Source of the DNA: a virus | DNA length: 64,000 nucleotides | Strand: one strand, 5' to 3' | IMG/VR virus record: IMGVR_UViG_3300030019_000008 | Part shown: one piece after another, positions 29,921-38,369 of the stretch | Position numbering within the stretch: position 1 is the stretch's first letter | Layout of the letters: every line of letters starts with the position of its first letter | Made by a program: the position numbers and the translations under genes | The notes under the pieces: model-generated | The model's input: only the letters and a program-made list of their open reading frames with translations | What the model was told of the DNA's origin: nothing | Databases searched by the model: none

Positions 29921-30421
29921 TTAGCGATAGCGCAGGATAGTGGATCTCCTGACTCCGTATTCGCGAATGGTTTTCTCACAGGTCAAGAACGACATCAGTT
30001 CATCAGTGCCGTTGATCGTGAAATGGATGCCCTGTCTGACTTCATCCATCTTCTGCTTCATGGCATTGACCACATTTTGGAATCCCTTCAGCGCTGCTTC
30101 AAAGCTCTCAGGGGTGTAGCTGAAGACGGTGGATGTTTTGGCAAGATCTGTCGGATCATTGGCCATCATGACCTCGATAGCAAGAACATCGAATCCTTCA
30201 TAATCCTCAGCATTACGGATCAGGTAGATGCCGGCGTTGAGTCCATTGACGAACTCACAATTGATCGTAATTCTGTCACTATCGAGGTCAAGGAGAACCA
30301 TATCTCCAGACCCGACACGCGAGCACAACCCAATGGGTTGCTGGCTGATCCCAGGATCAATCTGTAGCATCTCATTGAATGCGCAAAACACATCACCGAG
30401 GGTATTGTAGCATTGCTTCAT
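29921..30421 (-). CDS. Hypothetical protein, divergent paralog family D
   Basis: VLAIEV...FSYTPESFEAALKGF. Confidence 0.7.
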   Translation of the reverse strand: MKQCYNTLGDVFCAFNEMLQIDPGISQQPIGLCSRVGSGDMVLLDLDSDRITINCEFVNGLNAGIYLIRNAEDYEGFDVLAIEVMMANDPTDLAKTSTVFSYTPESFEAALKGFQNVVNAMKQKMDEVRQGIHFTINGTDELMSFLTCEKTIREYGVRRSTILRYR

Positions 30422-30449
30422 TTGTCGTTCCTTTTTTATGGTGAGGGTA

Positions 30450-30485
30450 TGAATCCACTACTCCTATTGTGGAGTAGTGGATTCA
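30450..30485. terminator. Hairpin (15-bp perfect stem)
   Basis: tgaatccactactcc-tattgt-ggagtagtggattca. Confidence 0.6.
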
Positions 30486-30503
30486 GTGATCTAGAAATTC
30501 AGA

Positions 30504-31070
30504 TCAGAACACACCGGTCATGGTTGCACCATGCACTTCGGCTTTTGCCTGACTGGTGAGGTACGGAATGTAGCTGTTGAAGATGTCCGGCATCTGAACC
30601 TCGGACTCAGATTCAGCAATGTAGAAGTTGACGTTCTCGGCCAGTTCAGAGAAGTGGTAGTTGGCGTTGAGCCATTGCGCATAGGTGTACTTGACATCGA
30701 TGCTGGTCATGGGTTCATCTTCGTCCACGGTGCACAGAGTGATGCTCTCCACCTTCATGAACTTGCGGGTCTTATCCGTGAAGACCAGGTGGATCTTGGC
30801 ATCAGGTCCATCCCAATCAGGACAGAAGGACACATCGATTGAGACAGCCCACGCTGACATCGACTTGATCGGAAGAATGCCGGTATTGAAATCGTTGTCG
30901 CCGGAATCGCAGAAGTGGCACGGAATGCTATTCATCTCGCCGAAGAGAAAGTTGGTAGCCAGGTTCAGCTGCTGACACACCAGTTCGATCGTGAGCTTCT
31001 CGGTTTCGATGAGAACCTCAGCCACAGCCTGGGGGTAGTTGGTCATGTAGACAATCATTTCGTTACTCAT
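30504..31070 (-). CDS. Hypothetical protein, divergent paralog family D
   Basis: VESITL...VKYTYAQWLNANYHF; AAGGAG RBS. Confidence 0.7.
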   Translation of the reverse strand: MSNEMIVYMTNYPQAVAEVLIETEKLTIELVCQQLNLATNFLFGEMNSIPCHFCDSGDNDFNTGILPIKSMSAWAVSIDVSFCPDWDGPDAKIHLVFTDKTRKFMKVESITLCTVDEDEPMTSIDVKYTYAQWLNANYHFSELAENVNFYIAESESEVQMPDIFNSYIPYLTSQAKAEVHGATMTGVF

Positions 31071-31146
31071 GAGTGTTTCTCCTTTTCATGCATATTTAAA
31101 AGCACCATACAGCCTCTACAGTCTATTTAATTGACAATAGAGGCTG

Positions 31147-31165
31147 GTAGTGTGTGTTCAAGATT
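31147..31165 (-). promoter_or_regulatory. Putative early promoter motif (degenerate)
   Basis: - strand aatcttgaacacacactac. Confidence 0.4.
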
Positions 31166-31182
31166 TGAATTCGTTGTAGAGC

Positions 31183-31578
31183 TTATTTGCGCACCATCCT
31201 AGTGATGTCGTCGAGCCATTCTTCATAGCTCAATTCAAAACCCGCAAACCAGGTCTCGTGGTTGTCATGCAGGTAGTGCGCCAGTTGTTCAGGTGTTTCA
31301 CAGGCCGGACTGATCGGGGTGCCTTCAGAGGTGACCTCATACATCATGTAATGAGTCTTCTCATCACCAGTCCATTCAGGCATATAGTAGTCCTGGCGAG
31401 GACGCCTGCCCATGTCCGCGATAGCAGCCTTTTCACCGTGGTTCATTGCGAAGTTATTGAATTCTTTAAGATCCCCAGCAAACTGATTGAAATTCAACAA
31501 CGGCTTATACTTACCATACGCGTTCTTGGGGTGCTCCCAATTAGCAGGAACCATCCGTACTTCACGAGTTGGCATCAC
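31183..31578 (-). CDS. Conserved phage hypothetical protein
   Basis: REVRMVPANWEHPK...MPEW...YMMYEVTSEGTPISP resembles a widespread phage family (recalled). Confidence 0.75.
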   Translation of the reverse strand: MMPTREVRMVPANWEHPKNAYGKYKPLLNFNQFAGDLKEFNNFAMNHGEKAAIADMGRRPRQDYYMPEWTGDEKTHYMMYEVTSEGTPISPACETPEQLAHYLHDNHETWFAGFELSYEEWLDDITRMVRK

Positions 31579-31591
31579 TTATCCTTTCACA

Positions 31592-31828
31592 TCAATTCTT
31601 GTCAATAATAACAAGCATGCTTTGACAGCACATCTTGATTTTCTTGAAGTACTCATTATCACTGGCAATTTCTGCTTCCAAGGCAGATTGTCCAGGAGGA
31701 GGAGCTGGGGTTTCCGAAGGGCGGATGTCGCGTGTGATGCCATTCTTTTTGAAATAGCCTTCAAGCGAGTAGCCAGTTTTCTCAACCGACATCGGTGTTG
31801 TCCGCAGGATTCTTCTTACCAGCAGCAA
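31592..31828 (-). CDS. Small hypothetical protein
   Basis: ORF track; probable start at MSVEK. Confidence 0.5.
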   Translation of the reverse strand: MLLVRRILRTTPMSVEKTGYSLEGYFKKNGITRDIRPSETPAPPPGQSALEAEIASDNEYFKKIKMCCQSMLVIIDKN

Positions 31829-31970
31829 GATCTTTCAAAATCTTCTCCTTAGCAAGATGGCGCTTAGTGATCTGCTCTTTAATAAATGCTGGCGTGATAG
31901 TCTGCTCACCACACTCAGATAAGGGCAGTCCATTAAACGTAAGGCTATTGGAATATTTATCAAAATTCAC
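31782..31970 (-). CDS. Small hypothetical protein
   Basis: 62-aa ORF after GAGG. Confidence 0.55.
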   Translation of the reverse strand: MNFDKYSNSLTFNGLPLSECGEQTITPAFIKEQITKRHLAKEKILKDLAAGKKNPADNTDVG

Positions 31971-31975
31971 TAGAG

Positions 31976-32392
31976 TTACCTCATGAAGTTTAGTGAGATT
32001 TCAGCATTTGTTTGTACTTCAAGGCTGCCGATGAAGAGTTTACACCGGACATCGAGCACAATGCAGGCAATGGTCTCCTTTGCAGATGGGTAGAAGGTGA
32101 GATTGATTCCCCTGACGGTCTTAGCCTTCAAGTTAGAAACCAGGGAGTATTCCGTACTGCTTTCATCCATTGGAATGAACTCAGGCAATGCCCGGACAAT
32201 CTCAGCCAGATAGTTTCTCAGACTCTGAAAGTGGGAGCCGCAGTACGACTCGTTAGGAATCCTCAAGGGATTAAACTCGAACCGCATCCTCTCACGCATC
32301 ATTGCTTTGTATCGCGTGAGGATACTGGGGAACATCTCATCATCCAAAGGGATGTCGAAATCGACTTTGACTTCAAGATCGGTCTTGCGCAT
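31976..32392 (-). CDS. Hypothetical protein
   Basis: 138-aa ORF with GAGGA RBS. Confidence 0.7.
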   Translation of the reverse strand: MRKTDLEVKVDFDIPLDDEMFPSILTRYKAMMRERMRFEFNPLRIPNESYCGSHFQSLRNYLAEIVRALPEFIPMDESSTEYSLVSNLKAKTVRGINLTFYPSAKETIACIVLDVRCKLFIGSLEVQTNAEISLNFMR

Positions 32393-32410
32393 ACTTGTCC
32401 TCTAATACCA

Positions 32411-32436
32411 ACTGGAGAGCATGAAAGCTCTCCAGT
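32411..32436. terminator. Hairpin
   Basis: actggagagc-atgaaa-gctctccagt, flanked by tatgccg. Confidence 0.55.
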
Positions 32437-32448
32437 GTTATGCCGTCA

Positions 32449-33030
32449 TTAACCGAGGACTTGTCCAGCATCCCATTCAATGGTTTGAATGTCGGCGTCC
32501 GTGAGATCGCTCTTGGTCATGAAGGCCTTGCTCACAATGCCGGAATAGATGTTCTCTTCCATCGATTCATCAGCCTTGATTTCAGACTTGATATGAAACA
32601 CCTGCTCCCAATTACCATCCTTGATAGTGGTAATAAGAGCAGTCTTCCACTCAAGTGCTGCCACCACACAGAAACCGGCAGTGCAGCCCATGGTGTTGAT
32701 GGTGATATCGAAGGAGACGACTGCTTTTGTTTCAGCGTGACTGGCAAGGTGGCTGGCCATGGCCATGATCTTCAGGAAGTCTTCGCCCTTGGCAATCCGA
32801 CTGATCACGTTTTCGTACAGGCAGCCGAGCTGACCATCAATGTAATCGAGGACAGGCTTGGTATTGCCGACAAAGTCAGCAATGGATTGCTTGGTGAGGA
32901 ACTCGCTGTGCCACTTGTCAGCAAAAGAGCCGACGGGTAGTGAGAAGGCATCGGTCGGTGCTTTGTAACTGGGATCGATCTTTCGGACTTCATCACTGAA
33001 TCCCGCAGTAACCTGGTAATTGTAGCGCAC
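32449..33030 (-). CDS. Hypothetical protein
   Basis: 193-aa ORF with AAGGA RBS. Confidence 0.7.
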   Translation of the reverse strand: MRYNYQVTAGFSDEVRKIDPSYKAPTDAFSLPVGSFADKWHSEFLTKQSIADFVGNTKPVLDYIDGQLGCLYENVISRIAKGEDFLKIMAMASHLASHAETKAVVSFDITINTMGCTAGFCVVAALEWKTALITTIKDGNWEQVFHIKSEIKADESMEENIYSGIVSKAFMTKSDLTDADIQTIEWDAGQVLG

Positions 33031-33041
33031 AGTTATCCTTT

Positions 33042-33467
33042 CTAGTTGAGAGTGGATCTGAAGCTATCTGCACCATCAATGATGATGCGTTTGCTATACG
33101 TCATGCTTAGCACCAGCAGACGTGTGTTCTTTTCAGACAGGCAGTCTCTGATTGCGCTCGAAGGCTCGCCCTCACCCACTTTCTTGATGAACTTCCACTT
33201 GTGACTGAAACCCCCAGTTTGACCATAGACGTAGAAAACATCCGGGTCAACAATCTCCACATCGAGATCGAGTGTCAGGCAATCATGCAAGTATTCTGCA
33301 AACCGGTCTTTGGCATCACTGACGGCATTGCTGCCATCAAGAGTGCTTTTACCGGTCCTCAGAAGCCAGTCCGAGTAAAGCATCTCGAACTCTTCACCAG
33401 AGAGACTGACATCAAAGCCTTCGGTAGCCTTGATGTCAGTTAGAACATCTTCGAGATTATACCGCAT
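33042..33467 (-). CDS. Hypothetical protein
   Basis: 141-aa ORF coupled to the upstream gene. Confidence 0.7.
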   Translation of the reverse strand: MRYNLEDVLTDIKATEGFDVSLSGEEFEMLYSDWLLRTGKSTLDGSNAVSDAKDRFAEYLHDCLTLDLDVEIVDPDVFYVYGQTGGFSHKWKFIKKVGEGEPSSAIRDCLSEKNTRLLVLSMTYSKRIIIDGADSFRSTLN

Positions 33468-33762
33468 TGAAAATGCCGAAGAAGTTACGGATGGAAGCGG
33501 TCACGTCTTCAGAAGTAGCAAGGTGATATTCTTCCTTGGGTTTGGGTTCGGGCTTGGGATCTTCCTTGTGAGGAAGGGGGTTGACGATCTTGAAGAAGTT
33601 GCTGATCATCTCAGCCGGGGTCTTGGATTGGACTTCTTCAACTTCAGGTGTTTCGACCTGCTCAGCCTGCGTGGTCTGTTCCAGATGTTCGACCGGTGCA
33701 TCACTGGTAGGTTTGGGTGTGGTAGTATTCGCCGGCATCGGCTGAACGATAAGATGTTTCAT
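33457..33762 (-). CDS. Hypothetical Pro/Glu-rich protein
   Basis: 101-aa ORF with AGGAG RBS. Confidence 0.7.
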   Translation of the reverse strand: MKHLIVQPMPANTTTPKPTSDAPVEHLEQTTQAEQVETPEVEEVQSKTPAEMISNFFKIVNPLPHKEDPKPEPKPKEEYHLATSEDVTASIRNFFGIFNAV

Positions 33763-33828
33763 GATGATTCTCCTGTATACTTGATGCAGTTGTGGGTTTC
33801 ATACAGCTTACCTGACACGTACAACAAA

Positions 33829-33861
33829 CGCTACTATTCGCCTATCAGGCGAATAGTAGCG
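33829..33861. terminator. Hairpin (15-bp perfect stem)
   Basis: cgctactattcgcct-atc-aggcgaatagtagcg. Confidence 0.6.
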
Positions 33862-33872
33862 AATGCTTGGTA

Positions 33873-34532
33873 TTAGGCTTTCAGATTACGCTGATACGTC
33901 ATTTCCCAATCAGGACCAAAGTCAATCTCGCCGACATACTCTCCCTCGGTGTTGTAACCGCGAACAACAGAAGAGAGCCTAGCACGGATCTTGATGCAGA
34001 TGCCTGTATTGGAACCAGGAACCTTGGTAACTGGGATCACCACGAGGTTGAAGTCGTACTTGTGTCCTACATACATATCGATGGCATCGTAGACTTCAGC
34101 AGTGTGCACCAACTTAGCCGAATCTACCAGCGTCATCAGTACTTCATTGAAGCCGCCATGAGTGCGTTCGAACTTGACAATACCGAAAGCAGCCTCCCTG
34201 AAAGGCAGCTCAACAAAATCAGTAACTTGTCTCAGAGCAGACTTGAAGGACTGGATGGTGTCGGATGTGTATGCAACACCTGCGATTTTCTGCCAGTCAA
34301 AATGCAGTCCTTGTTCACCGAAGTATCCTGCAGACTTCTCGATGAAGCTTGTGAGGAAACCAGGCAATTGCTCCACGTGTTTACGCAGATGCATGACCAT
34401 CTCATCAGCATCGTCCGTGGGATCAGTAGCCAGAGTGAAACCGATGGCAGGTACATCCATGGTCTCATCCATTGACCTGCACTTGTCAAACTTCTCCAAT
34501 GCTTCTCGGTAAATCGGAAAGGTGTCTTCCAT
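33873..34532 (-). CDS. Hypothetical protein
   Basis: 219-aa ORF with AAGGA RBS. Confidence 0.75.
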   Translation of the reverse strand: MEDTFPIYREALEKFDKCRSMDETMDVPAIGFTLATDPTDDADEMVMHLRKHVEQLPGFLTSFIEKSAGYFGEQGLHFDWQKIAGVAYTSDTIQSFKSALRQVTDFVELPFREAAFGIVKFERTHGGFNEVLMTLVDSAKLVHTAEVYDAIDMYVGHKYDFNLVVIPVTKVPGSNTGICIKIRARLSSVVRGYNTEGEYVGEIDFGPDWEMTYQRNLKA

Positions 34533-34564
34533 TCTAAATCCTTTTGTTTGTTATTGGGAGTAGG

Positions 34565-34924
34565 CTACAGAGCCCAACGTTTACCTACATTACAATTTTT
34601 GTTAAAGCGTCCTGTTTTATGCAAAAGCTTATCTCTAACTGCTCGTGCAATAACAAGCTTCTTGTCTTTATTAGCTTGATACGTATTGGCTGTGCCAATA
34701 TAAACCTCTTTATGCTCACCTCCAACTTTTATTCTGTAAAGATAGATCGTACTACCATCGTCGAGGTTCTTTATGGTGATGTATATATTGCTCTCACCAG
34801 TGGCAGAGTACCGATTCTTGATAGTCGATACGTCTGAGGTAAAAGGGTCGTCAGGAGATTCAGTACTACCAAACATATCTCCTAACAGGTCATCGAAGAT
34901 ATCAAAAATGATTTGTGGAAACAT
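34565..34924 (-). CDS. Hypothetical protein
   Basis: 119-aa AT-rich ORF directly after a promoter-like motif. Confidence 0.55.
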   Translation of the reverse strand: MFPQIIFDIFDDLLGDMFGSTESPDDPFTSDVSTIKNRYSATGESNIYITIKNLDDGSTIYLYRIKVGGEHKEVYIGTANTYQANKDKKLVIARAVRDKLLHKTGRFNKNCNVGKRWAL

Positions 34925-34969
34925 GGTAACACATTGAGCCTTTCTTCATACTTACAACAAGTCTTTTAC

Positions 34970-34998
34970 GTAATGTGTGTCTGAAATGTTTTAGAGCA
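34970..34998 (-). promoter_or_regulatory. Putative early promoter motif
   Basis: - strand tgctctaaaacatttcagacacacattac. Confidence 0.7.
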
Positions 34999-35079
34999 TA
35001 GTTTACTTAGCCATATAAGCTCCCTGTGAAGTTTAAATGTACTGGGTGATAAAGTACACCCAAATGATAACTGACGGCA

Positions 35080-35115
35080 CATACCCTCTGTATTCCAGGG
35101 AATACAGAGGGTATG
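35080..35115. terminator. Hairpin ending the protease operon
   Basis: cataccctctgtattc-cagg-gaatacagagggtatg. Confidence 0.65.
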
Positions 35116-35128
35116 GTTTATGTCGGTG

Positions 35129-35899
35129 TTACCAGTTGAGGTACGCGGGTTTCTGAATCGATGACTTTGCCCAGCCCATGGTATTCATGAGCTCCACGAT
35201 GCTATAGGAGGCCGATTCCTGAGCTACCATAGCCGGTTGCTTCAGAGCAGCCTCGATATCACTGCGAAGAATCATCTTCTCTTCCAGAGAGACGATACCC
35301 ATACTTTCACAGGCAGGCGAGAAGTACTTCTCAGCCAAAGCGATGCCGCAATCATTCACCCAGTCCCAGGTGATGATGTTCTTGAGTTGCCGGTGATTGA
35401 CGCCATTGATCACTTCATCATCGGTGAAAGCACGGATCGAGAAACAGACGTTCTCATTGGGGTTGTCCAGCTGCTTCTTCAGAGCATCACCCTGAGGACC
35501 GGACGGAGCCACCTTACCCATGATAGCGATCACGGTGCGACCACTTTCGTCCTTCATCTCTTCGAGCCAGACTTCCTTGATGTGGTGAGAGACGTTTCTC
35601 TCATTGATCAGAAAGAGCCGATTCGTGAAGTCGCGCATCTTTTCCCCAGGCATGGGCTTGGGGTGACCGCACTCACCACGGAGCTTGGAGCGTTGGACGC
35701 GCTTGATGAAGAGCGAGGAACTATCAAAGAGTTGCTTGACACCGATGGCAGTGTAGTACTCACCGATGGAGTTGAAGACATTCAGACCACCGAGGATCAC
35801 TGTGTAGTAACCCTCCTCGTCAGGTTTGAGTGTCCCTTTCTTGTTTTTGGATGCGAGTGCAGTGCAGGTAAAACGGATGGAGTTGAGATTGGTTGCCAT
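35129..35899 (-). CDS. Prohead (head maturation) protease, phiKZ gp175-like
   Basis: LRGECGHP (His), CFSIRAFT (Ser), ITWDWVN (Asp) motifs of the T4 gp21/phiKZ gp175 class; synteny. Confidence 0.88.
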   Translation of the reverse strand: MATNLNSIRFTCTALASKNKKGTLKPDEEGYYTVILGGLNVFNSIGEYYTAIGVKQLFDSSSLFIKRVQRSKLRGECGHPKPMPGEKMRDFTNRLFLINERNVSHHIKEVWLEEMKDESGRTVIAIMGKVAPSGPQGDALKKQLDNPNENVCFSIRAFTDDEVINGVNHRQLKNIITWDWVNDCGIALAEKYFSPACESMGIVSLEEKMILRSDIEAALKQPAMVAQESASYSIVELMNTMGWAKSSIQKPAYLNW

Positions 35900-35906
35900 G
35901 ACTTCC

Positions 35907-36629
35907 TCAGGTTCTTAGGATGCGTTCAATATTCTCGACACGGGTAGAAGGATTGACAAGAGCGCTGATCAGACCGTCGTTCATATAGCTACCCGCTATC
36001 TTGTTCAGAGTATTGGTTGCCGCATAGATCACTGATTTCAGAGGCACATATGCGGGAGGCTTCGTATACACATCCCTCAAGTCCGCTACCACTGTCCGAT
36101 AGTACTTCGACCTATCTCGTCTGTCACGAGAGATCAAAGAGACAATGAGTTCAGTCACTTCTCGCTGAGCACCCACGTTTGCATTTGCATACTTACGAGC
36201 CGTGTCGAACAACCTAGCCAGATCCAGATAGTTCATGTACCAAGGTACTCGACCTTTCGAAATGACTTCGTTGTAGATCTGATAAACCAAAGTGTCACGA
36301 CGAACTAAGTTGGTATTGACAACCACCTTAGCACCAGGCTCGAAAAAGAATTCGTAATAGTCAGAATCATCAACCGTCACAATCTTGAAGCTCGTGGGTT
36401 CAATCTGAATCATCGAGTTGACGATATTTGTAGCCATCAAGGTATCGTCAATCACGATAGCGAAGATACCGACGATGTATGTCTCCACACCTACGAAAGC
36501 CATGTTGCGTTCACGGAACCGCGCCGGAATGTAGATCTTTGTGGGTTTCGTGGCAAAGAGACTATTGCCCACCTTCTTCAAAGAACTCTTAACGGCTTCC
36601 GGACTACGAACAAAACGAGTGATATCCAT
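35907..36629 (-). CDS. Conserved protein, phiKZ gp176-like
   Basis: 240-aa ORF in the gp175-gp178 syntenic position. Confidence 0.7.
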   Translation of the reverse strand: MDITRFVRSPEAVKSSLKKVGNSLFATKPTKIYIPARFRERNMAFVGVETYIVGIFAIVIDDTLMATNIVNSMIQIEPTSFKIVTVDDSDYYEFFFEPGAKVVVNTNLVRRDTLVYQIYNEVISKGRVPWYMNYLDLARLFDTARKYANANVGAQREVTELIVSLISRDRRDRSKYYRTVVADLRDVYTKPPAYVPLKSVIYAATNTLNKIAGSYMNDGLISALVNPSTRVENIERILRT

Positions 36630-36649
36630 TTTCTTTTTTCCGTGAATAA

Positions 36650-36683
36650 AGACACTCTGGTAGCTAGAGCTACCAGAGTGTCT
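36650..36683. terminator. Hairpin
   Basis: agacactctggtagc-taga-gctaccagagtgtct. Confidence 0.6.
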
Positions 36684-36689
36684 GTGAAG

Positions 36690-38120
36690 TTATGCGAGTC
36701 GCATCTGATCGAAACACCAGTCACTGATGTATTCGATTTCAGCAATGGTCGAGACTTCACGAGGATCGAGTTTCGGGTTCTCTTTCGAGAGCGCGTCGAT
36801 TCGGCTCAGCAGCTTTTCGGCATCGGTCCGATAGTACCTGGACCGTCCCAGAAGACGCAGTGCCACACCATAAGGATCAACCAGCTCTCGCTCATTGATC
36901 CGATCGAGCTCATCCGAGAACTTCTCGAAGATCAGAGCACGAGGGATTTCCAGATCGAGTTGGTCGGCAGCAATCATCCGACCAAACACCGAGTGCATTG
37001 CAGCCTTGGTCTTTGCGAACTTGTACTTGTTGTCCGACACACTGGCCATGGCCACATGCTTGTTCCAGAGACCAGACAGCTCGCCTTTCTTGCTCAGGAA
37101 TTCTTCGAGCGTAAAGACAGGCATCTTGGCCAGCAGTGAGCCGAGTACTGCATCAGCATCACCGCCTTGTTCCAGGAACTGATCGTAGACATCCTTGTTG
37201 ACAACAATCTCACGAGCTGTGCGGTCGATGAAACGAACCACGATCGGCTTGGTGGTGGCATTCGCTTCAATGATTTTGAGTTCATTGAAGAGCATTGCCC
37301 CAGCCAGTTCGTTGAGCGTGCGCATTTCCATGTTGTAGTTGGAAAGCGTCAGAGGCGTACCATCCGGAGGATTGTCGATGAAACCATTGGAGAGCAGGAA
37401 GATCGCCAACAGTTCATCGAGCTTCGACGTCACACTGCCGGAAAAAGATGCTCGCTGACCGATGAAGTTCTGGATGCGATCGGTGTATTCGTTTCCGAAC
37501 ACGCTATAGTAGACCGTATCAAGAAACTTTTCACCTTTGCCAGCCAGCCAGACCGAGATCGAGATATCGAGATCGGAGTTACCGGTCTTCACTCGAGCTG
37601 CCAGAGTCTCAGGCTCCACAGCGCCCATGACGAACGGCAGGCGATAAGCCGGATTGATGGCGACCGACTGGAACTTCTCGAGCAGTGTTTCGAACGTGGG
37701 GTGCAGCAGCGGTTGCGGAGGATTCCAGCTCACGACGGAGAAACTCATGGTCTCATCGCGAGGAATGGTTCTCATCACTTCATCGACCTGAGTGACGAAT
37801 TGTTCCACGGCAGGAGCCACCACATTCTTCGCATACGAGATGTGGTTGGAGACAGCCTTGGCCAGTTCCGGAACGAGTTCATCGACGATCATGTCGTGGG
37901 ACTTGACGATCATCCCGCTGGCGGAACTGTGGACTTGTTCAGTGCCTTCACTGAACGACATGGCGAACTGACCGCCGACATCCTTGCTGACAAACAGACC
38001 GGTCGTGTGATTGACCAGCTGATTCATAGGCGAGGGATCGACTGCCGTCAGAGACAGATTCTTTGCAACCACTGCCTGGGCGAGGGGGAATGCCGCTGTT
38101 ACGGCTTCATTGGTAAGCAC
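36690..38120 (-). CDS. Conserved protein, phiKZ gp177-like
   Basis: 476-aa ORF with AAGGAG RBS in the syntenic position. Confidence 0.7.
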   Translation of the reverse strand: MLTNEAVTAAFPLAQAVVAKNLSLTAVDPSPMNQLVNHTTGLFVSKDVGGQFAMSFSEGTEQVHSSASGMIVKSHDMIVDELVPELAKAVSNHISYAKNVVAPAVEQFVTQVDEVMRTIPRDETMSFSVVSWNPPQPLLHPTFETLLEKFQSVAINPAYRLPFVMGAVEPETLAARVKTGNSDLDISISVWLAGKGEKFLDTVYYSVFGNEYTDRIQNFIGQRASFSGSVTSKLDELLAIFLLSNGFIDNPPDGTPLTLSNYNMEMRTLNELAGAMLFNELKIIEANATTKPIVVRFIDRTAREIVVNKDVYDQFLEQGGDADAVLGSLLAKMPVFTLEEFLSKKGELSGLWNKHVAMASVSDNKYKFAKTKAAMHSVFGRMIAADQLDLEIPRALIFEKFSDELDRINERELVDPYGVALRLLGRSRYYRTDAEKLLSRIDALSKENPKLDPREVSTIAEIEYISDWCFDQMRLA

Positions 38121-38133
38121 TTTGCAGCTCCTT

Positions 38134-38331
38134 TCATGCCTTGAGCGAATTGGCCAGTCGAGCAGTGAAGTTCGAAACAGCCAGATTGTAGATCGATTGA
38201 CGAGTCAGTGCCTCGCCACCCAGAGAGTCAGCCACATCGTTACCCACAGTGGCCAACGTCACCTGCGCAGTCAGCTCGGCAGCATTTGCCACTGTCGAGA
38301 GAGTGTTTTTAAGCTTTTCTTCAGTGTTCAT
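38134..38331 (-). CDS. Small hypothetical protein
   Basis: 65-aa ORF filling the gap between the gp178-like and gp177-like genes. Confidence 0.6.
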   Translation of the reverse strand: MNTEEKLKNTLSTVANAAELTAQVTLATVGNDVADSLGGEALTRQSIYNLAVSNFTARLANSLKA

Positions 38332-38369
38332 ACAGCAATGCGGGCCAGCTATTTACTGGCCCGCCTCCT

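Noticed and set aside
31592-31970. Programmed frameshift joining two small overlapping ORFs
   Set aside because: No canonical slippery heptamer with a downstream structure at the junction; ordinary translational coupling is sufficient
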